64,000 nt of DNA from Anaerohalosphaeraceae bacterium (GTDB taxonomy: Bacteria; Planctomycetota; Phycisphaerae; Sedimentisphaerales; Anaerohalosphaeraceae), in assembly GCA_035378985.1 (NCBI GenBank), contig DAOSUR010000012.1, positions 34,848 through 98,847 on the forward strand. Direction: 5' to 3'. The position numbers and the translations under genes are program-made. The first letter of the stretch is position 1; each line of letters starts with the position of its first letter. Positions 63,033 through 64,000 of the stretch are shown here, piece after piece. The notes under the pieces are model-generated. The model did no database searches. It was given only the letters and a program-made list of their open reading frames with translations, and was not told the DNA's origin.

Positions 63033-63757
63033 CGCGGTTCCTCTCCGGATTCAGGTTTCCTCTTTGCCCAGTGACTCCATTTCCGCTTCAGATACTCCAT
63101 CCAAATCCGCATCCGGGAACGTCCGGAATAACAGGCCAAATGAAGAATCTTCACCTGGGCTTCTCTTTGGCTCCAGAGCCAAAGATACTTCCGATACCGA
63201 ATATTATACTCCGGCGGCAAAACTGCCACACGTAAATCACATGCCCAGAGCAGTTCCCGCAAAGTAACCTGATCCTTTTCAAAGGGCTGACTGTGATAGG
63301 CCCGCTTCCACGCCTCCAAAAATTCCAAAACAGCCGGCGTTTTGCGGTAGGCAATCACTCCCCCGTTAAATTGAGGAAAGGCATAGGGCAGGTTCACCCT
63401 CCAGGGCTGCTGATTCTTGGCTGTATTTCTTGTATGGGCATGGCAAATCGCCATGTCAAAACGCTCCAGCACCTCAAATACATCCCGAATATCGCCGCAA
63501 ATCCGCGTGTCGCTGTCCAGGTACAGCGTTCTTTCAAACGGCGTATACATCAGAGAATCCACCTTGGAGCGCCGATGCGGATTTTCAATCAAACCCCAGG
63601 AGTCAGCTGTCGAACGGGCCGACGCTTCATTTTCAGCATCCGTAAAAATATGGATTGGCAGCCCTCCACACCAACGCCGAACCGACTGTGCGGATTGGAT
63701 GGCCGCTTTCACATAGCAGCGGCCTACGGCAATATATAAAACCCCGCATCCACCCAC
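63026..63757 (-). CDS. nucleotide-diphospho-sugar transferase (GT8-like, GT-A fold)
   Basis: 243 aa. N-terminus YIAVGRCYVKAAIQS... and a DxD motif (LYLDSDTRICGDI). Confidence 0.55.
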   Translation of the reverse strand: MGGCGVLYIAVGRCYVKAAIQSAQSVRRWCGGLPIHIFTDAENEASARSTADSWGLIENPHRRSKVDSLMYTPFERTLYLDSDTRICGDIRDVFEVLERFDMAICHAHTRNTAKNQQPWRVNLPYAFPQFNGGVIAYRKTPAVLEFLEAWKRAYHSQPFEKDQVTLRELLWACDLRVAVLPPEYNIRYRKYLWLWSQREAQVKILHLACYSGRSRMRIWMEYLKRKWSHWAKRKPESGEEPRC

Positions 63758-63770
63758 AGACTATCTCCAT

Positions 63771-64000
63771 TCATAAAGACGACTTTGCCTGTGTCCGAAA
63801 TCCTATCAAACGCTGCATCCCTTCAGACACCTGCTGCCGAAACCATGCCGCAGTTCTTCCAAAGAAAAACTGCGAGATCCCCGAATAAACAACGAGCAGA
63901 AAATATACTCCGATTCCCAGCCCCGCCGCCGCTGCAATCACCATCGGTTCAAAACCCTCCGCACGGAGCAGAGCCGTCAGAGCCGCCAACGGAATCCCGC
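63771..64000 (-). CDS. 3' end of a polysaccharide flippase (Wzx/MOP-like) gene, truncated by the window edge
   Basis: The frame is open to base 64000. The C-terminal TM-rich tail reads ...GFEPMVIAAAAGLGIGVYFLLVVYSGISQFFFG. Its position heads the glycan operon. Confidence 0.45.
   Translation of the reverse strand, partial: GIPLAALTALLRAEGFEPMVIAAAAGLGIGVYFLLVVYSGISQFFFGRTAAWFRQQVSEGMQRLIGFRTQAKSSL

Overview
A 64-kb chromosomal segment from a moderately GC-rich bacterium. My guess, from inference only, is a PVC-group or Planctomycetota (Phycisphaerae-like) genome, based on many secreted LamG, beta-helix and dockerin-like proteins, DUF4954, menaquinone genes and a bTHX ribosomal protein. About 55 protein genes are densely packed, often with ATGA or longer start/stop overlaps.

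Housekeeping content:
- tyrS, nspC, dapB
- one long minus-strand operon: AdkA-like gene, deoC, pabB, pabC, nif3, scpB, mutY
- rnr; psd-pssA-hemW; truD-menA-ubiE; lepA; mfd; lexA
- hypF and hypCD

Accessory content:
- several large secreted proteins, including a C10 protease with a beta-helix and a zincin-Ig-2xLamG protein
- a visibly more AT-rich surface-polysaccharide locus from about 55.1 kb to the window end, with GT39, an initiating sugar transferase, GT2, two GT4, Wzy-like, sulfotransferase, GT8-like and a flippase fragment

I recognised no rRNA, tRNA, CRISPR array, transposase or integrase.

Most notable observations:
1. A GT4 gene in the polysaccharide locus is split by a frameshift in a G6 homopolymer.
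2. Two orphan promoter-plus-terminator units with no long ORF flank a divergent RNase HII-like gene. One encodes only tiny ORFs, including a 25-aa hydrophobic peptide.
3. lexA is preceded by an SD-bearing ORF whose frame runs 263 nt into lexA. A GTTC-N7-GTTC direct repeat lies upstream.
4. A bTHX ribosomal protein gene missing from the ORF track is followed by a terminator that abuts nspC.
5. An archaeal-adenylate-kinase-like / deoxyribosyltransferase-like fusion is translationally coupled to deoC.

I could not identify a clear multi-gene novel system such as a defence island. The candidates above are ranked honestly. All functional calls rest on motif recognition by eye, not on database searches.
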